A stretch of DNA of 64,000 nucleotides, taken from Callorhinchus milii (lineage: Eukaryota). The notes beneath the pieces were generated by a model. The model saw nothing but the letters and a program-made list of their open reading frames with translations, had not been told where the DNA came from and searched no databases. The DNA is taken from the NCBI RefSeq assembly GCF_018977255.1, contig NW_024704743.1, positions 248,001-312,000 of the forward strand. The letters are read 5' to 3'. Below, one piece after another: positions 1 through 11,000 of this stretch. Position 1 is the stretch's first letter, and every line of letters starts with the position of its first letter. The translations under genes were made by a program, and so were the position numbers.

Positions 1-444
1 AGAGAGAGATACAAGGAGAGAGGCTTCGGATTCTGTTCCAGGAATAGTGAGTGTCTGCATTCCGGCCAAACACAGCCAGGAAACCGCGAGCGAGAGGGGA
101 CCCGGGTTCGATTCCCGGGCAGGACAGGGGGCGAAACCTTAGGCAAGTTTCCTTACCCCCCTCCACACACACACACACACACACACCCCTCTGTTTACAC
201 CGCAGTCAGTAAGAACCCGGTTGTTAAGTCGATTGGCAGATCGCCTTTTTCCGAAGGGGTAACAACCCCTCCCCACAAAAACTTGGTCACTCAATCCACG
301 ACTGTTTGCGGGGACGTCGCTGTGCGCAATTGGCTGCCGCGCTTGGCCCACAACCCAGTCACTACGCTCGACAGTGTGTCCTGCGAAGGGCTTTTGAGGC
401 GTCTCGATGACACCATAAAGCGCTATATCAATTGCAAGGATTAC

Positions 445-476
<32 letters not shown>

Positions 477-559
477 GTCACCCACAACCAGTCTCAAACG
501 ACTTGACGCGGAATTGCTGTCAAATGTGACTGTGTCCGTTTGTGGGGCTGAGAAGAGGG

Positions 560-634
560 GAATCGGTTTCCTCTCTTCTACTATCTCCGTCTTCTCTTTC
601 TCACTCTCTTTCTCTGTCTGTCTTTTTCTCTGTC

Positions 635-666
<32 letters not shown>

Positions 667-1155
667 GCTGTGGTCTGCTCCTGTTTCTCCCTCTCCCCCT
701 CTCTTTGTCTCACCCTTTCCCTCTCTCTTTCCCTCTCTCTGTCTGTCTTTGTCTGTCTCTCTCTCTCTCTCTGTATATATATATATATATATATATGTGT
801 GTCTCTCTCTCTCTCTCTGCCACTCTCTGTCGCTCTTTCTCTACCTTCCTCTCTGTTACTCTCCCTCTGTGTCTCTGCCTCTCTCACTCTATCTCTCCGT
901 GGCTCTCTCTTGGTCTCTCGCTCTATCCGTCTCTCTCTCTCTCTCTCTCTGTCTGTCTGTCTCTCTCTGTGTAATAATCCCTCCACCAAAAACTGAGAGA
1001 TTATTAACTGAGGGATTAATAAATTATTTATTTATCCCTTTATATCTCTGTCTATCTCTGTATCTCTCTCTCTCTCATCTCTCTCTCTCTCTCTCTCTCC
1101 CTCTTTGTGTCTCTGTCTCTCTCACTCTCTCTGCCTCTCTCTGTCTCTCTCTCCG
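560..1155. repeat. (CT)n-rich compound microsatellite with an (AT)n patch
   Basis: Directly visible; explains the SLSL/ERER ORFs. Confidence 0.95.
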
Positions 1156-1704
1156 AGTGCCGGGTGATGTATGTGCTGTGTCCCCACCAGGTCAATGTGA
1201 GCGCAGTCAGTCAATCCACTGTTATTTTCTTTGTCCTCGTTCATCCAAGTGGAATTTGGCTGAGAGCAGGCGGAGAGGGGGGGGGGGGGCGGGCGGGCGG
1301 GGGAATGGGGAATAGTAGGTGGATGGAGGAGGGTCGGGGGGTGGGGGGGGGACACGGGACAGTATGACTGTCTGACTGGTGGAGAGTGCGCAGGGGAGGG
1401 AAGAGAGAGAGGTTGAAAGGACAGGGGAAGAGGACTGGGGGTGGGGGGGCTGGGGTGGTGGGAGGGTGGGGTGGGGGGGGCCGGGGTAGGGTGAGGTGGG
1501 GGGAGAGCGACACACGGAAACACAGCAACGGGCGTTCAGTGTGAGCCCGAGAGCGACTCCTCCGGGTGGTCTAACGCGCGGAATTTCTTAACAGATTTCC
1601 CAGTATCACACCGCGGGGTTAATTAAGTTGACCCCAACGTTCCCAGTGATTTCCCCCCCAACCCCAAACGCGGGAGTCATACCTCTCTCTCTCTCTCTCT
1701 CTCC

Positions 1705-2125
1705 CGCGGTCCTGACTGTAGCTCAGTGGTGAGAGCCACTCTCGCCTCGCAAGCGAGAGGTACCGGGTTCGATTCCCGGGCTGGTCAGGGCGGGTTTCCT
1801 CACTCCACACGCACACGCACACACACAGACACGCACACGCATGCACACACACGCCTCTGTTTACTTCGGAGTAAGTAGGAAGAGTCAGTCGATCGGCGCA
1901 TCGCTTTTCCGGGGGGGGGAGAGGGGGTAATAAACCCTCGCCCCCCCCCCCAAAAAAAAAAGTCATTCATCGGTCACTCGATCCACCCACGGTCGCGCGG
2001 GTCCTCTGCTGCGCGCCATCGGCCGCCCCGCTTCGCCCGCAAAAAACCCACGCCCGAGTCGCTTCGAGACCTCGCAACCGGGCGACGAGGCGGCCCATCA
2101 AACGGCCCCTCTCGGGCCGTTATTA
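1705..2125 (+). mobile_element. tRNA-derived SINE copy with a strongly GC-shifted 3' half
   Basis: Head tgtagctcagtgg...ggttcgattccc is intact; the body aligns to the other copies with many A/T to G/C changes. Confidence 0.85.
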
Positions 2126-2729
2126 GCACCGTTGCGGTGCAGTGGGCGGCGCGCGCGGTGGGGGCGGGCGGGGGGGGTGGGAGGGAGGGGGAGAAAAGAG
2201 GCCGAGGGCTTCCCGGTGGGCCGGCGCCAGTGGCGAGCGGTGGGGCATTCTCCGAGCTTGAGGTCAGATGTTGACTCAGCGTTGAGATCCCCATCCGGCC
2301 ACAGACTGTGATTGTTGGGCGGTGATTCAGCCTCGGTCAGTGCTGACACAGCGGGTCTGGGTCTGTGTGTGCGTGTGCGCGCGCGCGTGCGTGTGTGTGT
2401 GTGTGCGTGTGTGTTTGAGCGTGAGTGCCGGCTTTATCTCAGTGAATTTGTTTGCTCAGTAATTAGCTCAGGTTTGGCCGCAGAGTACGGATCACTCTCC
2501 GCCGCGAAGCACTGAGCGACCGGGACAGGTGCGTAGATTGAGTTAAGTGTCCGTGTGTATTTAATCACTGTTTTTTTTTGTGTGTGTGTGTATGTGTGTG
2601 TGGTGTGTGGGAGGGAGGGTTGGAGTGGGGTGGGTGGGGGTTTACTCAGGAGAGGGGGGAATTACACAGTCAATGCAAAACACACGGACGTCCGAGCGGA
2701 TACACCGTGTGGAGTCCTCGGTCACCGAT

Positions 2730-3730
2730 AAAATAATAATAATAATAATAATAATAATCCTTCCGTTTGATACAGCGCCTTATCACGTCGTTGAGACGTC
2801 CCAAAGGGCTTCGCGGGATACACTGTAAAGCGAATTGACTGTGTATTCTGAGGGCGGAACGACCCCACAAACAGTCGTGGATTGAGTGACCAAATCATTG
2901 TTATTATTATTTTGGGGAGGGGAGGGGTCATTACCCCCGACAAAGCGATCCGCCAATCGACTGACGACCGGGTTCCTGATTACTGCTGAGGAAACAGAGC
3001 CGCGCGCGGAGTAAGGAAACAGAGCCGCGCGCGGAGTAAGGGAACAGAGCCGCGCGCGGAGTAAGGAAACAGAGCCGCGCGCGGAGTAAGGGAACAGAGC
3101 CGCGCGCGGAGTAAGGGAACAGAGCCGCGCGCGGAGTAAGGAAACAGAGCCGCGCGCGGAGTAAGGGAACAGAGCCGCGCGCGGAGTAGGGACGAGCCGC
3201 GCGGAGTAAGGGAACAGAGCCGCGCGCGGAGTAAGGGAACGGAGCCGCGCGCGGAGTAAGGGAACGGAGCCGCACGCGGAGTAAGGGAACGGAGCCGCGC
3301 GCGGAGTAAGGGAACGGAGCCGCACGCGGAGTAAGGGAACAGAGCCGCGCGCGGAGTAAGGGAACGGAGCCGCGCGCGGAGTAAGGGAACTGAGCCGCGC
3401 GCGGAGTAAGGGAACAGAGCCGCGCGAGGAGTAAGGGAACGGAGCCGCGCGCGGAGTAAGGGAACGGAGCCGCGCGCGGAGTAAGGAACGGGGGCCGCGC
3501 GGAGTAAGGGAACGGAGCCGCGCGCGGAGTAAGGGAACGGAGCCGCGCGCGGAGTAAGGGAACGGAGCCGCGCGCGGAGTAAGGGAACAGAGCCGCGCGC
3601 GGAGTAAGGGAACGGAGCCGCGCGCGGAGTAAGGGAACAGAGCCGCGCGCGGAGTAAGGGAACAGAGCCGCGCGTGGAGTAAGGGAACAGAGCCGCGCGC
3701 GGAGTAAGGGAACTCGCCCAAGGTTTCGCC
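2730..3730 (-). mobile_element. tRNA-derived SINE copy containing an internal 25-bp tandem expansion
   Basis: (AAT)n tail and body from 2730 to about 2990; the SINE resumes after the array (ctcgcccaaggtttcgcc). Confidence 0.85.
2990..3712. repeat. 25-bp minisatellite (GGAACAGAGCCGCGCGCGGAGTAAG), about 29 copies
   Basis: Directly visible periodicity. Confidence 0.95.
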
Positions 3731-3782
3731 TTAAAAGAAAAATAGAGAAATAGTTACAGAGTGATACAGCACGGAAATAGGT

Positions 3783-4710
3783 CCCCTCTCCCACACCCCT
3801 CCATCCCCCTCTCCCGCACCCCTCCATCCCCCTCTCCCACACCCCTCCATTCCCCTCTCCCGCACCCCTCCATCCCCCTCTCCCACACCCCTCCATCCCC
3901 CTCTCCCACACCCCTCCATCCCCCTCTCCCACACCCCTCCATCCCCCTCTCCCACACCCCTCCATCCCCCTCTCCCGCACCCCTCCATCCCCGTCTCCCA
4001 CACCCCTCCATCCCCCTCTCCCGCACCCTCCATCCCCCTCTCCCACACCCCTCCATCCCCCTCTCCCGCACCCCTCCATCCCCCTCTCCCGCACCCCTCC
4101 ATCCCCGTCTCCCGCACCCCTCCATCCCCCTCTCCCGCACCCCTCCATCCCCTCTCCCGCACCCCTCCATCCCCCTCTCCCGCACCCCTCCATCCCCCTC
4201 TCCCGCACCCCTCCATCCCCGTCTCCCGCACCCCTCCATCCCCCTCTCCCGCACCCCTCCATCCCCCTCTCCCGCACCCCTCCATCCCCCTCTCCCGCAC
4301 CCCTCCATCCCCCTCTCCCGCACCCCTCCATCCCCCTCTCCCGCACCCCTCCATCCCCCTCTCCCGCACCCCTCCATCCCCCTCTCCCGCACCCATCCAT
4401 CCCCCTCTCCCGCACCCCTCCATCCCCCTCTCTCGCACCCATCCATCCCCCTCCCGCACCCCTCCATCCCTCTCTCCCACACCCCTCCATCCCCCTCTCC
4501 CGCCCCTCCATCCCCCTCTCCCGCACCCCTCCATCCCCCTCTCCCGCACCCCTCCACCCCCCTCTCCCGCACCCCTCCATCCCTCTCTCCCACACCCCTC
4601 CATCCTCCTCTCCCACACCCCTCCATCCCCCTCTCCCGCACCCCTCTATCCCCCTCTCCCGCACCCCTCCATCCCCCTCTCCCACACCCCTCCATCCCTC
4701 ACTCCCACAC
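3783..4710. repeat. 23-bp C-rich minisatellite (CCATCCCCCTCTCCCGCACCCCT), about 40 copies
   Basis: Directly visible periodicity; G-tract-rich on the - strand. Confidence 0.95.
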
Positions 4711-4765
4711 CTCTGGGAAAGTTCCGGGACTCGGACCTACCTGATCGAACGCTTTGCCTCTGCAG

Positions 4766-4911
4766 GAGAGTTGGGAGCGTTGGAGCCGAGGAGCTCCGGG
4801 ACAGAGCAGAGCGCGTCCGCGGAACAGCCCCCAACCTCGGTCAGCGAGAGGTCGGCGGTCTATCAGTCTAAAATACCCGGAGCCGGTATTTTGGGTTGCC
4901 CGGCAAAAGCG
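4766..4911 (+). CDS. XIRP1: Putative upstream coding exon of the XIRP1 locus (phase 1 to 0; [10 protein letters not shown]...[13 protein letters not shown]...PAKA)
   Basis: Acceptor tttgcctctgcag and perfect donor GCG|gtgagt around an open frame. [10 protein letters not shown] resembles the SL(K/R)(E/D)RxAKYQAAV motif of XIRP2/LIMA1 N-termini as recalled. Confidence 0.6.
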
Positions 4912-5740
4912 GTGAGTATTCGGCATTCCCGACATTCCTGCTGTCAGTCTGATGTCGGCAGGGGCCGGTCGCGGGGTCACTGGGACTCAACAGCCGCTCA
5001 AACTCTGCGCCCACACAAAATACACAGTCACTACTCTGCGAAGCGCCTCGAGGCGTCTCGAAGACGTCAACAAATGACATTTGTAGAGCGCTGGGGCACC
5101 CCGGGGCGCTGGGCACTGATGGATTTGAACCTGGGGGTGGGGTGCGGTTTGGGGGATCAGGGAGGGGGGTGGAGGGCGGGGAGGGTAGGGTAGGGGGTAA
5201 GGGTGGGGGGGGGGGCGGGAGTGTGAGCGAAGGCGCTGTTGCGCCCCAAAGGAGGCAAAGGGACTGTGGGATGGAGTTCCAAAGGGTTGGGGGGCAAAGA
5301 GGCCGTGATGGCCCGACCCTCGATGGTGGTGGGGGAACAGGACGAGGGCCGGAGACGCGCGAGGAACACACGAGCTTCGAATCGCGAGCAGATTAAAGAC
5401 GTCTCAAGTTCCCCCCACGACCTTCAAGTCAACGTCCTCTCTCAATTGGCCTCGACAGGGAGTCAATGCAACCTCCACCCAGTACGACAGCGACACCTGC
5501 CGTCGATTTGATGGCACTGCAGTGCACATGGGGTGGGGGGGGGGGGGGGGGGGGTGGGAGAGGGCGGACGGAGCGAAGCACGTCTCGCCCACAAAGTACA
5601 CAGTCACTACGCTTACGCTTCACGGTATATTGTGTGAAACGCTTTGAGGCGTCCGAACGACGCGATAAGGCGCCTTATCAAATGCAATTTATTATTATTA
5701 TTATTATTATTATGGGGGTCTTATCGGTGTCTGTTTACAG

Positions 5741-5794
5741 GTTGTCTCATCACCTGAAATCGTCGCTCCAAACAGGAGCCTTCATCAGATCGAG
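5741..5794 (+). CDS. XIRP1: Putative 54-bp upstream coding exon (phase 0 to 0; VVSSPEIVAPNRSLHQIE)
   Basis: Acceptor ctgtttacag and donor GAG|gtaagg around 18 open codons. Phase is compatible with both the 8017 and 17258 acceptors. Confidence 0.6.
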
Positions 5795-6099
5795 GTAAGG
5801 GTGGGGGGGTGGGGGGTGGGGGGTGGGGGGGCGGTGGGTGTCTGATGGTCGTTGGCATTTTCTCTGTGGGTAAATGTGTGTCTTTATTCGTGTTTCACTG
5901 TGGTTTACCCCCTCAATCCTCACCCCAAACACCCGCTCCCAAGGTCACAGGTCTCCAGAGGTGTAACCAGAGGACACGGGTTTAAGGTAATTGGCAGAAG
6001 AACCAAGAGGGGAGACCGGGAGACTATTTTTTTTTAAACCCAGAGAGTTGTTACGTAGTGCCTCGGAAAGGCCGGTGGAAGACTCGGGCGCAGAGACGC

Positions 6100-6490
6100 G
6101 GAAAGTGAAAGAGAGGAAGAAGAGACCGGAGATGGAGAGGCAGAGAGGAATGATGAGATAGAGAAAGAGAGATGGAGAGAGAGAGAGAGAGTGAGATGAA
6201 GAGTTAGGTGGTGAGAGAGAGAGAGAGAGAGAGGAAGAGCGAAAGAGAGAGGGAGACAGAGCAACGAAGAAAGATAGAGAACAAAACGGAGACGCAAAGA
6301 GGAAGGGTGAGATGGAGAGATGTGTGAGAGAGAGAGAGATTGCAAAGGAAGAGAGAGAGAGAGTGAGAGGGCGGTGTGGGGTGGGGGGGGGGGGGGGGAG
6401 TGGGGCAGAGGGAGTGAGAGACAGACAGAGAGAGGAGTGGGGGAGGGAGAGAGAGGAGATGTCTCAAAGCAAGAGAGAGAGAGCAGGTGG
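6100..6490. repeat. (GA)n-rich low-complexity tract
   Basis: Directly visible. Confidence 0.85.
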
Positions 6491-6774
6491 TGGTGGGTGG
6501 GTTGTGGGGAGAGGTGAAGCAGAAGTGATTGGGGTGACGTTCCCGCTGAGTGAGATTTTTTTCCGGTGTGTGGATTCTTTGTTAAGAAATATACTAACGC
6601 CCACAAAATACACGGTCACTTCACCCTACGGTGTATTCTGTGAAGCGCTTTGAGACGTCTCGACGACGTGATGAGGCGCTAATGTCAAATGCCAGGATTA
6701 TTATTATTATTATTATTATGAACTATCGCAAAATTAGACCCAATTCCTTCTGTGTCCGTGTTGGTGTGTACACC

Positions 6775-7110
6775 TGTGTGTGTGTCTGGGGGTGTGTGTG
6801 TGTGTCTGGGGGTGTGTGTGTGTGTCTGGGGGTGTGTGTGTGTGTCTGGGGGTGTGTGTGTGTGTGTCTGGGGGTGTGTGTGTCTGTCTGGGTGTGTGTG
6901 TGTGTGTCTGGGTGTGTGTGTGTCTGTCTGGGTGTGTGTGTGTGTGTCTGGGGTGTGTGTGTGTTCGTGTCTGGGTGTGTGTGTGTGTCTGGGTGTGTGT
7001 GTGTGTCTGTCTGGGGGTGTGTGTGTGTGTCTGGGTGTGTGTGTGTGTCTGTCTGGGGGTGTGTGTGTGTCTGGGGGTGTGTGTGGGGGGGTGTCTGGGG
7101 GGGTGCGCGC
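6775..7110. repeat. (GT)n microsatellite punctuated by CTGGG(G)
   Basis: Directly visible. Confidence 0.93.
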
Positions 7111-8016
7111 GCGCATGTTTGCAGTGGTTTTGACTAATATGCGCTTAAAGGGACATTAAAGCGCGTCGATCGGACATTCCTGGCCAATGAGATGACATCG
7201 TTTGCATTGTGAGCGTGTGACAGGCACCATCACACACGCACACGCTCACGCGCACGCACACGCCCTCCGCCCGCGCTCCGAGGAAATAACAACTTTCTTT
7301 AACATAAGCGGACTCACCTTAAGGTGGTTGAGGCCAGAAAGGACACTGGGACTCATTGAAACAGCAGCCGGACCCTGTGATGGCGGGGAGTGGGGGGGGG
7401 GGGGGGGGGGGGGGGGAGGGCGGGTGTTCTGGAGGGAGCAGATCAGATGGCCTGAAAGGGTCTTCTTCATCCAAACCGATCTTGCGAGGCTCGCCACCAA
7501 GACTGTACTCTCTCGGAAACCAGTGACCGTCCTCGCTCGGAGACCGATAACTCAGCCTGGCTCATCGGCAGGACCTGGAAGGACAGACCGGTCACTTGTG
7601 TGTGTTGGGGGGTGGGGGGGGGGTGTCCAGGGAGTCAACACCCTCAGCTCCAGTTGACCCTGCAAGCCAAAGCCCTAAGGGTAGGGTGGTCCTAGCTGGA
7701 CAAGCAACGGGAAAAGTTTGCCGAACTGTGTGCTGTGACCATTAACCAGCGCCGTGTGCAGTTTGTGTGCAAGAGTGGGATCGCAGAAGTCGGAGGAAGA
7801 AAAGAAAAAAGTTTCTCCCTTCACATCCCTCCCTCCCTCCCTCCCTCCCTCCCGCTTTGACTCATTACTAACAGCCTGGCTTGAGTTTGAAAGAAAAAAA
7901 AACATTAACTAACAGAGAAAAGGTGGAGGAGACCCCCACCTCTCACCCCCATTCCTCCTCCTCCTCCCCCCCTCCCTCCTCTCCTCTCACCACCTTCTCA
8001 CCTTGTTTCCACGAAG

Positions 8017-11000
8017 ATGGAGAGGAACGAAGACAGAAACCGGGAGCGAGAGGGAGTGGGGTCCACGGAAGGCTTGCCGCCCCCTCCCCCCGACCCCTCG
8101 GCCTTGCCCCTGCCGCCCCCTCCTCAATCACTCGCCCAAACCAGGCAGCAGCGCCAGATCAATGAGTTGAAGCGACTTTACCGCCACATGCGGCCCGAGC
8201 TGAGGAAGAACATGGAGCTGGTACTGAGCGAGGAGTGGGGGGAGGTCTTGGACGCAGAGCGGGTGGCCTCGGGAGCCACCGCGGAGACCCCCGACCTCTC
8301 CCCCCCCGGCGAGGTCCAATCCATGCGATGGATCTTCGAGAACTGGCCCCTGGACATCATCGGGGACCATCAAACCGCCAAGCGTCTGAGAGAAGAGGAG
8401 ACCGTGCCTCTTGGGGATGTGAGAGGGACCTCGCAGATGTTCGAGGCCCAGAACCTAACGGAGACGGGGGACCAGCGAACGGAGACCCCCAGGGTGGAGA
8501 GGGGGGACGTCCGCACGGCTCTGTGGCTATTTGAGACCCAACCCATGGACTCGCTCAACAAGGTCTCCACGGAGGAGGGGGAGCTCCAGGAAGCAGTGCT
8601 CAGGGAGAGGGAGGCCATCCCCGGGGGGGACGTCAGCGGGGCCAGGCTCCTCTTCGAGACCCAACCCTTGCACCGGGTGGGACGCAGCGGGTCGGCCGAA
8701 GAGCGCAGCGTCCTTCAGCTACGTTCGGAGATCCAGGAGCTGAGCGGGGGGGTGAGCCGGACGGTGGGGCTGTTCGAGACCGAACCGCTCTGCGCCATCC
8801 GGGAGCCGGGGGGTGTCATGCACCGGGTGCGCTCGGTGTGCCGGGAGGAGATACAGCACAGCGATCAGGCCAAGAGCGCGCGCTGGCTCTTCGAGACCCA
8901 GCCCCTGGGGGACATCAGTGGAGGAGAGCACTCGCCAATGGTCAGGGTGGTCCGGGGCATCTCGCTGGAGGAGGAGGCCGGGCGGGGGACCGGGGGGGTC
9001 GGTGTCGGGCGAGCGCGCTGGCTGTTTGAGACCCAACCACTGGACGCCATTCGTGAGCGGAGCTCGGAGCTGGCGGAGGAGTGCGAGAACATCAAGGTGG
9101 TGGAGGGCGGAGACGTCAGAAAGTGGAGGTCTCTGTTCGAGAGCAAACCTCTGGACTCGAGGCCCCCGGGCGAGGGGGAGGGCGAGGAGGTGGGGGGGGA
9201 GACGAGGGAAGCGGTCACCGGAGGGGACGTGCGTTCCACCCTCTGGCTCTTCGAGACGCAGCCCATGGACTCCCTGAGGGACAGCTTCGAGGTGGGGCAG
9301 CTCAGGAGGGTGGTGACGGAGGAGGAGAAGGGGGATGTCAAGCAGAAAGCCCGGGAGTTCGAGAGCCGGCCCCTGGAGGTCACCCGGGGCCAGCCCGGCG
9401 AGGAGAAGGAGGAGGCGGCGGACGTCAGGAAGGGAGACGTCAAGGCCTACCAGCGCCTCTTCGAGAGCCTCCCACTGGACGGGATCAAGGAGCCGGGCGG
9501 GGAGATGGTCGCCATACGTTCCCAGGTCATCGGGGGCAACGTGCGGGAGAGCCGGGCCTTGTTCGAGAACCCGCCGCGCTACGCCATCGCCGACGGGGCC
9601 GGGGGTTACCACCAGGTCAGGACAGTGAGCCGGGAGGAGGAGGAGGCGATGGGCAGCGGGGGGGACGTGAGGAACTACAGGTGGGTCTTCGAGACACAGC
9701 CTCTGGACCGGCAGGGGTGCGAGGAGGCGCAGCTGGTGAAGGGAATCACCAAGGAGGAGGCGTGGGTGGGCGATGTGGGCACCGCCCGCTGGCTCTTTGA
9801 GACACAGCCCCTCCGGGGCCTGGCACCCGATGCCGGGGGCGAGACGGAGGAGCAGAGGAAGGGCGGCGGCGAGGTCAAGACATGCCGTTGGCTCTTCGAG
9901 ACGCCGCTGGCCGACGCCCGGCTGGAGCGGGCGCAGAGGGAGGCCGACACCGCCCCGGGGACGGGAGGCGACGTCCGACGGTGGACCTGGCTGTTCGAGA
10001 CGCCGGAGGTGCCGGGGGAGAGCGCGAGCGGCGAGAGGAGCTTGAAGGTGACGGGCCGCGCGGACTCGGACACCGGCACGGCGAAGCACCTCTTCGACTC
10101 GGAGCCCGTAGTCGTCGGTGGAGGCGGCGTGAGATACACCAGCAAAGTGGACGTGCGCTCGGGTGACGTCTCCAGGGAGAAGGAGATCTTCGAGAGGTCC
10201 TCGCTGGACGCCATCGGGGAGGAAGCCAGATCCGGGGACGGGGAGGAGCAGGGGCCCGAGCCGGGGGCCGTCCGCAGGTTCACCTGGCTCTTCGAGAACC
10301 GCCCCATGGATGCCATCGGGGAGATGGACGCCCGCCCCGCTTCCAGCTGGGCCGTGGCTGACGTGGCCGCGGGGGACGTAGGCGGGAAGAGGTTTGTGTT
10401 CGAGACGCGCTCGCTGGACCGAATCGGGGGCGACGAACCCTCCCCCTCGCCCTCTCCGGCCCCCGCCCTAAACCCGGAGCCCGGAGTCCCAGGTGGGGTC
10501 CGCTCCCGCACCATGCTCTTCGAGAGCCGCCCGCTCTACGCCATCCGCGACCGCGAAGGTCTCTACCATGAGGTGACCACGGTGAAGAAGGACGAGGTGG
10601 TGAGGGGGGACGTGAGGGGAGCGCGGTGGCTGTTCGAGACCAAACCCCTGGACTCCATCCGGCCCTCGGACGAGGTGTTCGTGATCCGCGCCGTCACTCA
10701 GGAGGACGTCCATCGCGGGGACGTGACGGCCGCTCGCTGGAGGTTCGAGACCCAACCCCTGGGCTCCATCGGGGACCAAGCCCCTCCACCCAGCGCCAGG
10801 ATGGTGGAGGAGGTCCAGGGAGGGGACGTGAGCTCGGGCAGGGAGATATTCGAGCAGGAGCCGGCCAGGAGTTACGTGAGGACGGTCAGCGTGAGCGACA
10901 TCCAGAGCGGAGACGTTAGGACGTCCACCTGGCAGTTTGAGAACCTCCCCATCGATTCCCTCAAGGGCTCGGCCGAGGAGAGCGAGGGGCAGGTCAGCAC

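Noticed and set aside
474..1528. ORFs of 90-257 aa rich in SL, ER or P
   Set aside because: Translations of (CT)n/(GA)n microsatellite and G-runs; no coding signal.
2990..3712. CRISPR-like regular array
   Set aside because: Head-to-tail units with no unique spacers, derived from a SINE, in a vertebrate context.
2783..4744. Long ORFs (295-584 aa) on both strands
   Set aside because: They are stop-free readings of the 25-bp and 23-bp minisatellites.
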